NCBI GenBank assembly: GCA_025786725.1
Contig: JAHLTZ010000016.1
Location: 124,001-188,000 of the forward strand
Origin: Syncephalis fuscata S228
Lineage: Eukaryota > Fungi > Zoopagomycota
Direction: 5' to 3'
DNA: 64,000 nt
In this document: positions 1 through 13,771 of the stretch, piece after piece
Layout of the letters: every line of letters begins with the position of its first letter
Position numbering within the stretch: the stretch's first letter is position 1
Position numbers and translations under genes: made by a program
Notes under the pieces: generated by a model
The model's database searches: none
Seen by the model: the letters and a program-made list of their open reading frames with translations, nothing else
What the model was told of the DNA's origin: nothing

Positions 1-2193
1 CTAGCATTACACCCTTTTGATGTCATAGCATTTTTTTTTCAAAAACCAGTGTTAATTAAGGGCATATCAGACAATGGCAGTCCCATTGTATAATGACTGA
101 TTTGGGAATAACTCGATGAAGGTGGTTTATAATAGCTGCACACATCAAGATTGCACTAGACGAACGTGGAATCAGAATTTAGCAATGGTAAATCTCATCT
201 ATATTCTTATCAGTATGCAAATCAATGACAACATACTATCATAGCCTTGAATGTTGAAATTCTTTATTAGAGCTTTTATTTCTTGGATTCTATGTTGTTA
301 TAATTGCGTGCAAACTACTACACAGGCGGCACGCAAGCAATACAAATATGCACACGCAATCATCTTTTTTAGCAAAGCATTGATTTGCACGCTGCACTAT
401 TTTATTGATATTAACAGTTTTGTGGCGCTGGCTTATTTGTGGTAATTATATCGATTGTAAACAGCAGAATCATGCATACTGCACATCCGTTCTGATTAGT
501 ACTTGCTAAAACGACATTTTTGTCGCAGAAAACATGTTGCTATCGAAATAGATAGGTGTTGTGTTATTTTAACAAGCCTACCGATCATATAGATTTGCCA
601 TAATTGCTATTATTTGAGAAAAAATCATTTTAACCACCATCGCTCACCACACTATCGTAATTTGTACACTTTCAAATAGTGTGAAATCGAAATGTTATGA
701 CAAGTATAAATATCTATGCTATTGTCAAATCAGTCCGGACTGGACTGGAGGTTGTTTGAACAGCATAGATCAACTGTAATTATATTACAAATGCAAATTT
801 GTTATAAAATCAAATATTCACAATACATAGCATGAAAGACAAGCGCTCATAATTGCTTTTTGGCGCCTTAAACTCATTCACTACTAATACGCTGCAATGA
901 TTACGTAACATACTCTTAATTTATTGTTTACTCAATAGGTAGGCTTTACAAACCGACTTTCATCCTATATGTACCAACAAAGAACGATAACAACTATATT
1001 ACGTCGCCGTATCAAAAATCAATCTATTCCATGTGATATTTATGTCATTGATATGTTGGAAATGCATTGCGTTTTCTATTCTCGCACTTTTTGTGTGCTT
1101 ATCTTATCACACCTAATAAAAACCAAGAAATTACTCGTCAAGCTCGATTGTGTTGTCCAATTCTTAAATACGGCTAATGGTGCTAATAAACGTTTGTTGT
1201 AAGTTACCCGTTTAATTGCTGTTACTGTCTGTACACTGTATTAACAACTCAATAGGAATACAATATGCGAGTAAAACTGCGCTTTGGCACTTTTAGCAAT
1301 ATGGCAATGGGAAGCATATACTAAACGCAGCTAATTATTTGAGCCTCTATTAAATTTCCATATTTATTAAGCATAGGACTGAGCGGTGAGTGACATTAAT
1401 CATTGTTCATGTAATTTGTTCTATATAATCCGTATTTACTTGTCTATTATATATAATCAATATTGCTGTCTGTTTATTATTAAATAGTTTTCATGGATGT
1501 CAATCCATGTCGTTCATCTTATCATCGTGCATACTGTGACTCCATCACTAGTATTCACGCATTCTACTTGGTGATTCGTATCATTTGAGATTATTCATAA
1601 TTTATTGCCAAAACACTATTGATAAGCATATTTAGAAGCACATTCACAACCAAGAGAATAGTAATTAACTTCATGCTTATCAATTAATTAACGTGATTGT
1701 TTCATGTGGACAATCCGCACAAAAATATCAGTCCTTGGATCTCATTTTCTCGTTCACACTTCTCTTTCGCTTTCTCTTATATGCACACTTTACACTTCAG
1801 ATCTCTACATATACCAAAATACAGCTGTACTTTGGGTTACTACAGATCCAGTCTGATTTTTGCATTGTTTCCAAGATCACCGATCGCCAATAAACAACGC
1901 TCTTCACCTGTTCTCTCTTTCTCTTTCTATTACTTTATTGGGCTCATCGTTAAGTAGTGACATTCTGTCAAAAATACCATTTAATTTAGGTAAGTTTGGT
2001 AAGATAGCTAAAGGGAACAAGTAAGAAAGGGCGGTTAAGCGCAATAATAGCGCAGTATTCAGATCATTAGACTCGTTTGGATCCTAGTATTGCTAGTAAA
2101 GTGTACTATCACACTGGGAAACAAGATTCCATATTCTTGATCCATCAATTTGACTATAGGACAGCAATTATTAGTTGCTAGTTAATATAAAAT

Positions 2194-4263
2194 ATGGTGG
2201 ATGTACAGCCATTGGATCCATTTGATTTGGATTATTCAGTTAATGCCGGTCATGATCCATCTACCATGTCAACGTTAAGTGAAATATCTCATTCTAAAAT
2301 GGCTGGACACTCCATGGAAACATCCGTGGCAACATTGGATAATGATGAATCACAGGATATTGAATCGATTGAACATCTAGAAGATGAATTATTAGTATCT
2401 GCACAGCACGATGACGACGAGTTTCTTTTGTCGGTAGTCGATGCCACTGAAACTGAAGAGGAGGATTTGTTGGCAGTAGATGAATCGGATATGACATCGT
2501 CGAGTACGGCTATTACTGATAACATTGAAACATTGCCATCAACTACAGCGTCAGCGCTTAATCATACCAGTTTAGACAGTATAGCAGCACCCACTAACAA
2601 CGATATATCCATCGCCCACGATGACAATGACGAGCATTTATTGCTGGAAATAGATGAAGTTGAAGCGGCGACAACGACAGCAATAGTAGAAGATACTGCA
2701 AAGGTAACAACAGAGGCTTTAGTTGGTATGACAAGTATGACCGCAATTCCGACTACTATTAACGATAAAAATGCTCAAAATGATCCATCTTATCAACTGG
2801 CAGTAACTGAAGAGACTTGGACAGATACTTTACAGCAACCACATAGTGTAGAGCATATAGAAGATGAAGAGGCATTGGTAGCAACACCTATCGCTACAGA
2901 CCAGACAGTTGATAAAGAAATGCTAGACCGTGTTCCATGTATTTATTTACAGCATCAAGGTGTCTGGTATTCAATGTTTCGATCTGATCCATCTAGTCCA
3001 GAACAAGAAGTGTTTTTTAACCAGGACAGTGAACTGACACTCTATTACTGCGATCTGTTACAATTTACACAGACACTTAAAGAATCATATATGCTTGAGG
3101 ACAGAGAGGTAACCTTGGAATTTCCTTCTTTGGAGTTGTTATTTACCGAAGTAAGTGGTGAATAGTAGTGTTAATATTGTATAATTAATTAATACATTGT
3201 GTTTTAGTCATCAAGTTATATGCACGATTACACATTGCGGGATATATATGACATGTACAAAGCTTTATGGTCAACACAACGGGATACCACAGCAGATGAT
3301 GCACCCGAATTCCTGCGTATTTTATTGACTGATCGACCTAATACACAGGAACAATTAACTCGATTACAGCAGTTGGTAACAGGTAGGTTTTATTAAATAT
3401 AATACATTCATACAATATAATACTAATTGTATAATTACTAGGTGGCGGGTTATCGCTTGAACATTCAATTACAATGGATACCAGCGACAAGTTCAGTCCG
3501 TCAAACGAGGACACTTCAGTTCTGGACACTTGGGAGGAAGAAGTAGCCAGTATTGCAAGTAATAGCGTAGTTCATAGTCCAGGACATTCTACGGATGGTA
3601 TCATTGAAAAAACAGATAATAACAACGATGATAACGAGACTGTTGAAGCATCAGTATCAGATGTTGTACAGAATGAAGCACAAATAATGCAGTCAAATAT
3701 TGCAGTAGTTGACACTGTTACCACGTCTATTCATCCAGTGAAGAGTCATTACAGGAGAATGGCCATGTTGATGATGATAATACTATTAATGGTAGCGACA
3801 GCCATGAAGATAATGTGGTTGATGATTTATTAACGGGACTAGAAGATACAGCAGCGGTAATTACAACAGCAACAACAACAGCAGCAAAATAGTGGATCAA
3901 GGAAATAGTGAGTCTAGCCAGATGGATAACTACGTAGAAGATAGTCTAGTGGATACTGCATGGACTGAATCTGTATCTATTACTACTACTACTACCACAA
4001 CTACTGTAGCATCTCATGATTTAGATGATCATGAAGAAAATGACTATGGTCTTATTGATTCACTGGTAAATACGCCACCAGTGACAACACTTGAGTTGAC
4101 CAAGGATGATGGCACTAATCATACTGAGGATGTCTTATCATCTGGTTCTAAACGACAACTGACAACAAGTGATTTAGGTAAGTTTACTTTAATTGATTAA
4201 CACAATGTATTAATTAATTGCCTGAATAGATGAAACGGAAAACAAGCGAGTTCGGCAAGTATA
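2194..4263 (+). CDS. Acidic low-complexity protein with DUF2420/Rmr1-like domain (multi-exon)
   Basis: ORFs 2194-3165, 3474-3833 and 3892-4200 are joined by GT-AG introns (e.g. 3151-3208, ~4178-4230). Very D/E/T-rich. The segment 'EVTLEFPSLELLFTE|SSSYMHDYTLRDIYDMYKAL' resembles the DUF2420 consensus from memory. At least one apparent frameshift near 3730-3890. Confidence 0.55.
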
Positions 4264-4427
4264 ATTTAGTATTCTGGAGATATTTTCATCTATAGCTATG
4301 CCACCACCAATATCGCACGTTCTGTATTGAGGTGGCGATAAAGGGTATTTGGTGTCTATAGCGATAGATTGTAATTAATTGGATATTTTCTTTTAATAAA
4401 TATATTAGTTATTGATTGCATTAATAA

Positions 4428-4978
4428 ATGGAGCTACTTTCTTTAGTCCCTAGCTTTAAACTGGGACAAAAAAATTGATAACTCAAATAGCAAATCGTCG
4501 ATCAGTTTTTACTACTAAAGTGTTTTGTTGTAATGCCACATCTCCAATTGAATTAATCATGTCAATTAATCAGTACATTTTTTAATATCATAATAGATAT
4601 TAAATAGTATTTTATGTTACTTACAATAAATATTAATTTAATTATGTGTTGATGCAACAGTAGAAGATTGGAAAATAGAAGAGACCATTCAGATACCATA
4701 ATCCACACTGTACGTAGTAACAACAATAACAACTGCAGAACGATATGGAATTGCGATCAATGGCTTTTATTAATATTCAATCAATCTTTCTACACATGGC
4801 CAACAACAACAATGATCGGTCTTGTGAATTTCAAGTAATAAATGAAAACACTACTTGTGTTTTGTTATGCATAACAGCAGTGATAGTGGTTATTCTACGG
4901 TCACTTTGTTACAATTGAAGTCAATTGTAACGAACTTTGCTTTGAAGACTCTAAATGTGGGAGTCAAAGTAAAGTTTA
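4428..4978. repeat. Dispersed degenerate repeat family, copy A
   Basis: Blocks match the reverse complement of 24564-25497. Examples: tttgaagactctaaatgtgggagtcaaagta vs tactttgactcccacatctgtcttcaaagc; gagctactttctttagtccctagctttaaactg vs cagtttgaagctaggaactcaaagcaaagtagctc. Confidence 0.75.
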
Positions 4979-5127
4979 GCACATGGGCATAATAAACATG
5001 TGATTGACGGTTATGTGTTAAATTATATCAATAAATTACATTTTTTACTTTACAAAAAGCTAGCTGAATAATAACAATTAGTAAAGTTTATTTTCTTTCA
5101 CTTTTGTTTCTATCCTGTAAAATAGCT

Positions 5128-7343
5128 ATGAGTGCTAAAGAGGCGTTAGTGTTTGTTATGGACGTTGGCCCGTCTATGTGGCAGAACAATCACCACTCTA
5201 CGGGCAATGACAGAACGCGTTGGGAAGTGGCGCGACAAATACTGATAAAGCTTGTAACAGCAAAAGTAAAGAATATTTGTATTTGTAAAAGTACTTTATA
5301 GTAGCTAAATATTTGCTATATTCTATAGATAGCCGATTGCCGCAAGACAGACTTGGTCAGCGTGATACTATGTGGAGTAACAAGTATAAAAAGGGAATAT
5401 GGTATGGATTTACAGTTGGATAGCATCAGTTAAAGATTAATAAATGGACTAGATTTTAGTAATCCATCAACGCAAGAGTACTTTTATAAAAACATCAAAA
5501 CTTTAAAAAATTGGGTGCGGCCGATGTTAGTTTATTACGATGTTGGATGAAGATAAATTGGAAAAGGGAAACCGATCAACTGACTGTAAGCTGATGGACG
5601 TGTAATTACATATTGCAATGACAATAATGATTGATTTATAGGCTTAAAAGCGTTGATAGGAGCTATAAATTCGATATTGTCTCGCTGTCGCAATCGAAAC
5701 TATAGCAAGAGAATCTATCTAATAACAGATGCTGCAGCGTATATTGACGATGCTGACATGGCAGTATTTGAAAAGTCCATTGGAGGAGAAAATATTGGTA
5801 TTGATGTGATGTAAGTTAACCGGTTGATACAAGTTTAATATCTAATCATTCTACCTGTATTTTAATAGTGGCGTGGATTTTGAAGAAACAGAAGAAATGC
5901 TTTATGAGAAAATTGTGGATAATCCAACACAAATATTGGTAATTGCTAAATCGTACTAAATAGACTGAAATAGGCTAATATGGCATACTACAGATAAATC
6001 AACAGAAGCTGCGCAAATAGTATCTAGTAGTAGAAATAATCGCATATTTACATCAAATGAAGCGTTGAATTTATTATCACAATTCCGTTCAAAAATAGTC
6101 CGTCCAACAACAGTTTTCCGTGGCACTTTAAGTTTAGGCGATAGTAGTGTTGATCCAGATACCGCCTTGGAAATACCTATACATATTTATGTTAAAACTG
6201 CAGCGGTTCGACGACCAATGGCCGAACAATGCCTGCCTCAAACAAATACAGATAACAATACATTGACTTATTTGGACGTTGATGTCAGCCATACCTACTC
6301 CTATGTTAAAAAAATTGAAGATGAAAATGACGAATCGACAGGAATTGAGCAAATTGTACTGAAAAAAGATGATCTAACAGATGCTTATGAATTTGGGCAA
6401 CAAATAGTACCAATAAGTGACATGGATGGAAAAACAAATCAAGCAGAAATACAAAAAAGCTTCAAATTAATTGGTTTTGTACCAGCATCTGATGTAATTA
6501 TTAGACTATATTATTACTAGTATATATATACATAATACTTATTGCTTTTGTATAGCGCTATCTTCGTTATACAATGTCTAGTGTGTACCAAGTATGCCCA
6601 GTACCAGACTTGGAAGCATCGCCCATAGCCATTTCAGCATTTGTGCATGCCATGTATGAAATGAATGCTTATGCATTGGTCAGATACACTTATACCATCT
6701 ATGCCGCTCCTCGAATTGGCCTATTATGGCCGTGTATTAAACCTGGCGCTGAATATCTTTATTACACTCATGTAAGATACTGGCCATTGCTAGGATTAAA
6801 TATATTAACTTGGCTATTCTAGTTGCCATTTGCCGAGGATGTTCAGCAGGTTGCATTTGCGCCTTTATCTACAAAAGATTTGGATTTGGATTCACGTAGT
6901 AAATATGCACCAACCGCCGAGCAACTTGTCTGTATGGAAAACTTTGTTGATTGTTTCAATTTAACACCAGAAATAAATCAAAGTGACAGCGATATATCGT
7001 AAGTGCTATTGTTATTTACATTAGTCAGAGCATATAAGTTATTAATAATAAATATGTTAGTGAACAGCCAAAAAAGTATTTGTCTGGCAATCTTGTTTCG
7101 GTGGACTATCAGCATATTCAACATTGTATTGAACAACGGGCTATTCATCCCAATACACCGCTGCCATCACTTAATCCTGATTTGTTAAAACAGTTAGCAC
7201 CGCCGCCAGTGAATGATCCAAAACAATATATTGCAGCTGAGGCACTTTGTGCGGCTTTCCCAACTAAAAAAAGGTATTTGTTTTAATAATATGAATATGA
7301 ATATAATAGCTAACTATTATGCATTTGATACAGCAATGTGTAA
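5128..7343 (+). CDS. KU80: ATP-dependent DNA helicase II 80 kDa subunit (Ku80), apparently C-terminally short
   Basis: N-terminus 'MSAKEALVFVMDVGPSM' (vWA), 'KTDLVSVILCG', 'KRIYLITD', 'AYEFGQQIVP', beta-barrel 'SAFVHAMYEMNAYALVRY...PRIGLLWP', 'LPFAEDV', 'QRAIHP..PLP'. About 9 short introns. Frameshifts near 5505-5585. 3' end approximate. Confidence 0.85.
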
Positions 7344-7564
7344 ATTATTGTTGATTTCACTTTATAAATACTAGTAAAAGAAATTTAATCAAATAATTTC
7401 GAATAGTGTAGTATTGACATGTTATAGCCAATAAAAATATTCTTGTTATTGTTGAATCAATCTGAATTGGAGTTACTGAATCATTTCAAAATACTATAAT
7501 AAATAAAATGCTGTAATATGACAATAAATATTTATTATTGCTTTTACCTAACTAAATGCCAAAA

Positions 7565-8378
7565 TTAATTTGTATCAGACTTGCCAAATGTGTTTTCTAC
7601 ATGTTGTCGAATGGCTGCTAGTGGATTGGCCTTGAATGCTGGATGATCAAGTACTGCTTGAAATCGCATTCTTTCATTTTTCCTATATAAATGATGAAAT
7701 GTGCAAACAGTTTAGAGTGGCCCGATGATGAATAAAACACTAAAATAACTTACGCAATAGTTTTCCGTTTACGAATACTTGGTTGTTTATTGGGTTGGTC
7801 ACCTTTTTCTTTCATTTGTAATGCCACATCCAATCCTTGTACTGTACGGCTTAATTCTGTCCAGTCGGCCAGCAAATAGCCTGGCCCTGACTCTTGTTTA
7901 CTTTTGTCGCTGCTATTCTTTTGCTTTTGCTTCTTTGATCTTAGAATATCGTTTTGTGTAGTCTCCAATCCTATTGATGCGCAGTGAATTAGCTGCTTAT
8001 ACTACTGCAAGTGTTATTATGATGACTTACGAGCTAGTAGCTGTCTACGACGCTGGTCACGCTTATCTCGTTTGTCGGTTGTTTTGATAAGTGATGCAGC
8101 TCTGTACTAGTAGCATTTGTATTGTCATCTAATGCAACAGCACCGGATGGCGTTAGTGCTGCTGTGGCGGCAGTATTCACTGCACCATGGTTTTGCTATT
8201 ATAATGTTAGTAATGTGCTACATGGTAATGAATGTAATGTAAAACTGCTACTACTATTTACCTCGTTGTTATCTGTAGGAAGAATACGCTCTACCGCTGC
8301 ACCATGTGCAAAAGACCGTTTCGATATATGGGCCGCGGCTTTGTGGATGCGCGCACGTTTGTTGACAATCTTTGGCAT
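7565..8378 (-). CDS. SLX9: Ribosome biogenesis protein Slx9/FAM207A-like
   Basis: Basic N-terminus 'MPKIVNKRARIH'. The last exon translates 'ERMRFQAVLDHPAFKANPLAAIRQHVENTF', the Slx9-family C-terminal motif. Three introns. Confidence 0.75.
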
Positions 8379-10838
8379 TGAATCTGTAAAATGGCTTTGA
8401 AAAAAAGAAAGAAAAAAGGTTTCACAATAAAAACACCGGTCATTAGTTGTTGCTCTATTTGCGTCATATTGTGCATTGTAAATAAACATAGACACCAATG
8501 ACTCAAAGTAGCTAATTAGTGTTTAGTATTAGTTAATCAGTTAAAACTTGCTATCATCAATTTAATAATAGTAGTCAACATATTTTAATTTAATAGATGC
8601 AATAATGTTTATAAAATACTAATTTATTGGCTTATAAATTAAACTACTTGTACAATAAATAATAAACTATTACTGAGCTGCTAAATTATTGTAAAGTAAG
8701 CAATGTTTTTAGTTTAGTTGTATATCATTCAATGTAACAATTAAATCAATAATTATGTGTTTAATTACTTATATCTAATTCGGGTGAGATAGCTGCAAGG
8801 GATGCGTTTGAATGCATTGCCATGGCTTATGATCGACCCGCTTTCTATTTTTATCCGTGATGCCAAGATTAATTACCATAGAGCTATGTTCGATAATATT
8901 ATTTAATCAGTACAATTATATTGCTATGCCAAGCGTACTGTTGCGGCCATGGTTATTTACCGACAATGATCTTCTCGTTTGTTCACGTGCCCTTGCCTCA
9001 TGTGCGCCTTTTATTTTAGCAACAAAAAAGCAAAAATACTTTGGTGAATAACTACTGTGTAGTGGAGTTGTGATTTTCAATACGTATAATGTCAGATGCT
9101 TCAAAATGGAAGAATGACTGTACTTGTATTCTTTCGTTTTAAATAAGCAAATTTGTTCAATAATTATCAATATAAATAGTGTTCAAGTTTTATCTACAAC
9201 AGTATTTATTATAAAATGTTGACTTTATCAAAACAATAATAAATAATAAATACTGATTTTATATTTAATTTCCTATATCAATTACAATTGTTATTTAGTT
9301 ATAAAAATTTAATTGTAGTAATTAATAGTTAAAAAGGAAAATTGCTTGTTGTTTACTTTATACTAGTATCAAATCTATGTTATATTGATACTAGTAATCG
9401 TTTCAGTACATTAGCAGCGTTTAAACAATACAAATGAGCACCATCAAAACGATAGTCATTTAAATAGAAGTAGTTACAATGGCCTTATTAACGTATGCAA
9501 ACTATAATTAGGCGTAGACATCATTTTGATTTACGTCTTTTACGGTACTTCTTTCTATAACTTTAGCCATTATTACTGTGTCATTGTTATTGTTACAGCC
9601 AATGTTTTAGGTAAAAGTATTGCCACGCATTTGTAAAGTCATCCTGTTACAAACTTGCTTTATTCTATAATTACGCAAGTCTATAGTAAAATATCGACAA
9701 TACTTGTTATAGCTCCGCTACTATCGGCATTCCCCTGTTAAACAAATAGCCACGGCGGTGTTTCTAGCGGCCATATTCAGCACTTCCTTTTTCATTCGTC
9801 TTTATCTGCATAGCTTTTCTAGTAGCCGCGGACGACAGGCCCACTTACTATATATTATACCTGTTTTGTTGAACGTTTAGCTTTACCGCGAGTCGAATCA
9901 TCTACGTTTGATTCCGCTTGGCATAAGCGATAACAACGATAACAATTGTAACAACAATAGCAGCAGATATATAGCCAAGCACGACGCAGTATCCTTGTCG
10001 TTTATCCTGACCACACGCTCTTCTACGCACACACCTACGCATATACACACACACGCACTCGCTATATACATACATTGTGGTGGACTAGGCAAAGACGCGT
10101 GTGGCAAACCTGTATCGCCGTTAACAGTGCTCAATATTTTGTAAGAAGGTGAACAACACACACACACACTGATCCTTTCTTCTCTCTTTCTTTCACTTTT
10201 TTCCGTTTATCCGTCTCGGCCTCTCGTTTCCTTCATCCCTTTTACTTTCTTGCGATTAGGCAAACTATATATATTCTACGGTTTGGAAACAGAATATCCG
10301 TTTATTATACTGGTGATAAACAATAGCTGCGGGTCATTGGGAAACATCTGTTAAAGCCTGGTCGACTCTGCTTTCTGTACATTCCGGTCCGACTCGATTC
10401 ATATAGCCGTATACAAACGTCTGTACGTATAGTAACTGTAGCCCGGTTGCTATACGTTTTACAAAAACCGCCTGTTTAAAAAGAAACGTGCAGCATCTTT
10501 ACATTTGCTACGGTAAGTTCTAACTAGCCGTGTAATGCTACTTGGCCAGTTTGTTTAGAAATCAGCTATTTTGTCAGTCACTTTGTCAGTAAATACTTGT
10601 AGATCCAGCATATCTACTATTATTATTATTGATATTATTAATAATAGCATTATCAGTATTATTATCGTTAGTAGTAGTACTCCTATTGCTGTCGTAAGCT
10701 TAAGTGAAAAGCGGTCACGCGAATACTTGTATGTCATACGTAATAATTGTGCTTACGAAGTGATAAACCCCTTTATTATTACTATCAATATTGTTATTGT
10801 TATTGTTATTAGAGCAACGTTTATTCTAGTCTATTATT

Positions 10839-12651
10839 ATGCCAAAATTCAAGTCACTTTCGGATATTCGCCGGTCGATAAAAGGTGATTTACCACCACC
10901 ACCACCAAGTCGCCTTAATTCCGGTGTGCCATCGGCTATCATTCCACCCAAGAAAGTCATTAAGGCATTGTAGACTTTAATGCTGATCGCCAAATGAACT
11001 TTCATTCAAGGCAGGTGATTTCTTCCATGTTATTGGCAATGAAAATGACGCCAATTGGTACGAGGCGCATAATCCGTTGACGAATGCTCGTGGTATGGTG
11101 CCAGTTAAATACTTTCAAGAGCTGGGCCGTCAAGCGTCGTCGCCACCGGGGCCGACGCCACCAGCTTTGCCGCCTATTGCAAGTGGTATGTCTCGCTTCT
11201 CTAACTTTGGTGACGTTATTGGTAATGGTAGTGCAGATTTTAGCTATGGTAATATCAATCAAAGTAACAACAGTCTTTCAAACCAGCCACTTACATCGCC
11301 GCCTAATTCGGCGGGTGGCACGCGACGAAAGAACTCGTCGTTCTCCTCTACTGCGGGTACTAGTCCAGCCAATTATGGCGGTCCAGGCGGCAATCCAGAG
11401 TATCGTGGCCACCGATCACGTCCTAGTGCAAGTAGCCATTTGTCGGCAAGTGGTGCAGCCCATTTACTGCATGGTGTAGTGATGTATGACTTTACGGCAG
11501 AACGACCCAATGAACTAGGAGCACAGGCTGGTGATGATATTCTTATTGTGGCACAGTCACACGAAGACTGGTTTGTAGCCAAGTTTATCAATCGACTAGG
11601 TGGACCCGGTTTAATTCCTGTATCTTATGTTGAAGTACGCGATCCAGATACTAATGAACCAACTGATGATCTGTGCGAGTTAATGGATAGATTGCAGATT
11701 GTTCTGCCTACTGTCGAGGACTGGAAACGACAAATGATGCAACAGGAACAGTCGATGGGCAATGAACGGCCTCGCCATCAGCGTGTTTCATCAAATAACT
11801 CACATAGATCACATGGCACTCAAGGCTCGTCTTCGGGTAATTTTGGCAATATGCGAACCAACTCGAGTTCAGGTCCATTAATCAGTTCTGAAGTGGTTGA
11901 TATGGCCTGTATTGAGTCGTATATTACACAAGAGACGCAGTTCTGGTTTCTTATTCGCTTGTTTATGCGAGATGGTTCTCAGCATACTGTCTACCGAGTC
12001 TATGAGGATTTCTATGCCTTCCAAATCGCACTACTAGATAGTTTCCCTGAAGAGGCCGGTCGTACAGGTCGTCGGCGTATTTTGCCATATATGCCTGCAC
12101 CAATATCTGTCGTTGATGAAAATGTAACAGCTGAGCGCTGTGGATTTCTTGATACTTATATTAAAGAGCTATGCGAAGTACCAGAGTATATTCGCAACTC
12201 ACCACTTGTACGCCGCTTCTTCGGCCTAGAAGAAGACGAAGACGACGAAGGTGACGACAATGGACTAGATGGCGGCAAGATGCATCGACATACAGCATCT
12301 AATGGCTCTTCTTCCGATCGTGTACATCGTCGTCCATCACCACCCAACAGTAGTAGCGGTATTATTAGTCCCATTTCTGAAACATCAACCAATCCAGTTG
12401 GTGGCAGTGGCGGTGGCGGCAATATGCTTAAAGTCAAATTAATGCATAATGATGATCTTATTGCTATTCGTGTACCGGCCGACATCACCTATGTAGCATT
12501 ATGGGAAAAGGTATTTGAACGTCTTGGCTCTAGTGTAAGCGCTGTATCCTGGAAGACATCAAGTGGCGATTGGAGTACACTCGATAGCGAGGAAGATCTA
12601 AGAATGGCCCTTGCAGAGACAGGTGGCAAACTTACTCTACACGCAATGTAG
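10839..12651 (+). CDS. BEM1: Polarity scaffold Bem1/Scd2 (SH3-SH3-PX-PB1)
   Basis: ATG at 10839 gives 'MPKFKSLSDIRRSIKG...PPKKVIKAL.DF...ELSFKAGDFFHV...WYEAHNP...RGMVP' (SH3-1; needs two 1-nt corrections at ~10970 and ~10991). SH3-2 'MYDFTAERPNEL...GGPGLIPVSYV', PX 'RVYEDFYAFQIALL..FPEEAG...RILPYMP', C-terminal PB1 'LKVKLMHNDDLIAIRV'. Confidence 0.92.
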
Positions 12652-13266
12652 TAGCAGTGCAGTGGTATTTTCATATAGCGATAACACTTTTCTAGTTTTA
12701 AAAAAATTAAAATGATTCTCATGAAGATGAAGCAATTTGTTTAATCTATGTTTAATCATCTTTATTATTATCAGGTATCTTTATTAATAGTTAATTCTAC
12801 TAATAATAACAAATATTACACTATTAACATTATTGTTATTAGATTTAATGATAACAACATCATTATTATTCATTTTATTAGATAATAAAATTGGTTACAA
12901 ATTATTGTTTATAGTAGCTGTAGATGTTGATATGTAATAGTTTGTAACACCAGTTGATATTTAGCACTTTCAAGTAGGTAATGCTTGACTTTGGTAATTG
13001 ACTAAGTTCTGGCACTTACAAGTTTACTATAATTAATCAAGCTGTGCTACTTATCAATTGCAACGCACACGTAACGCTAAGTCATTAATGGTACATCACT
13101 CTTCACCAAACACATGTTGATTAGTCTATGCCTTTGGACCAGAGGCCTGAATAAAAATGGCTGGTTTTCTGAGCAAATACGTTATAGCCATCTCGATCTG
13201 CAATAGTTTCTCGTTCTAATCCATACTTGTATACTGTGTGACCCATTTCGACAATGTGCCTCATTC

Positions 13267-13273
13267 TGAGTCA
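13267..13273. promoter_or_regulatory. TGAGTCA AP-1/Gcn4 response element upstream of the bZIP gene
   Basis: CTGAGTCAT lies ~500 bp upstream of the Gcn4-like ATG. A 7-mer can occur by chance. Confidence 0.3.
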
Positions 13274-13771
13274 TTAAGTTACTCCTCGTTTTATCGACAA
13301 TAGCGCTTATTCACTATTGTGTAAGGACACAGAGCATTACTTGGCAAATAATTACTGCCTACGTCGATGCAACTGCCATATATCGCCACAAGTATTTTAA
13401 GCTAAAAGGACGGACAATTTACACACTTCTTTTCATTGTGCTCACAACACACACACACACACACACACATATATTCGTGCTTTTAGCTTGTATTGGCCAG
13501 TTTTATTTTATTTACTTATTGAGTTTCATTTTTGCTTTCATTCTTATTTACTTTCTTACTCAATTGCCAACCTCTAAAGCCTTTGCTTCTCACGACACCA
13601 CTGTTTTGGTGCGTGATTACTTTTACTCTGTGTGGTGCTTTATCTTTAACTCTTCACTATAACACCTCTTCATCTTTTAGCTTTATCTAACTCTGCGGCC
13701 TATCGTTACCGTGGAGTCTATATCGAAGTGCTGCTGTTTTCTACTGTGAATTCCTTACCTATACCGCTACC

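Noticed and set aside
1-2190. Short ORFs at 251, 969, 1693 and 1697
   Set aside because: AT-rich, no motifs or coding-like composition; 1700-2190 looks like the 5'UTR and UTR intron of the downstream gene.
8780-9170. Slightly GC-richer intergenic patch with short ORFs and an Sm-site-like ATTTTTG
   Set aside because: No snRNA, tRNA or protein motif recognisable; cannot be supported without an Rfam search.
9989-9997. GTATCCTT as a U12-type intron donor
   Set aside because: It lies outside any supported coding exon and has no matching U12 branch site; no AT-AC intron was needed for any gene model.
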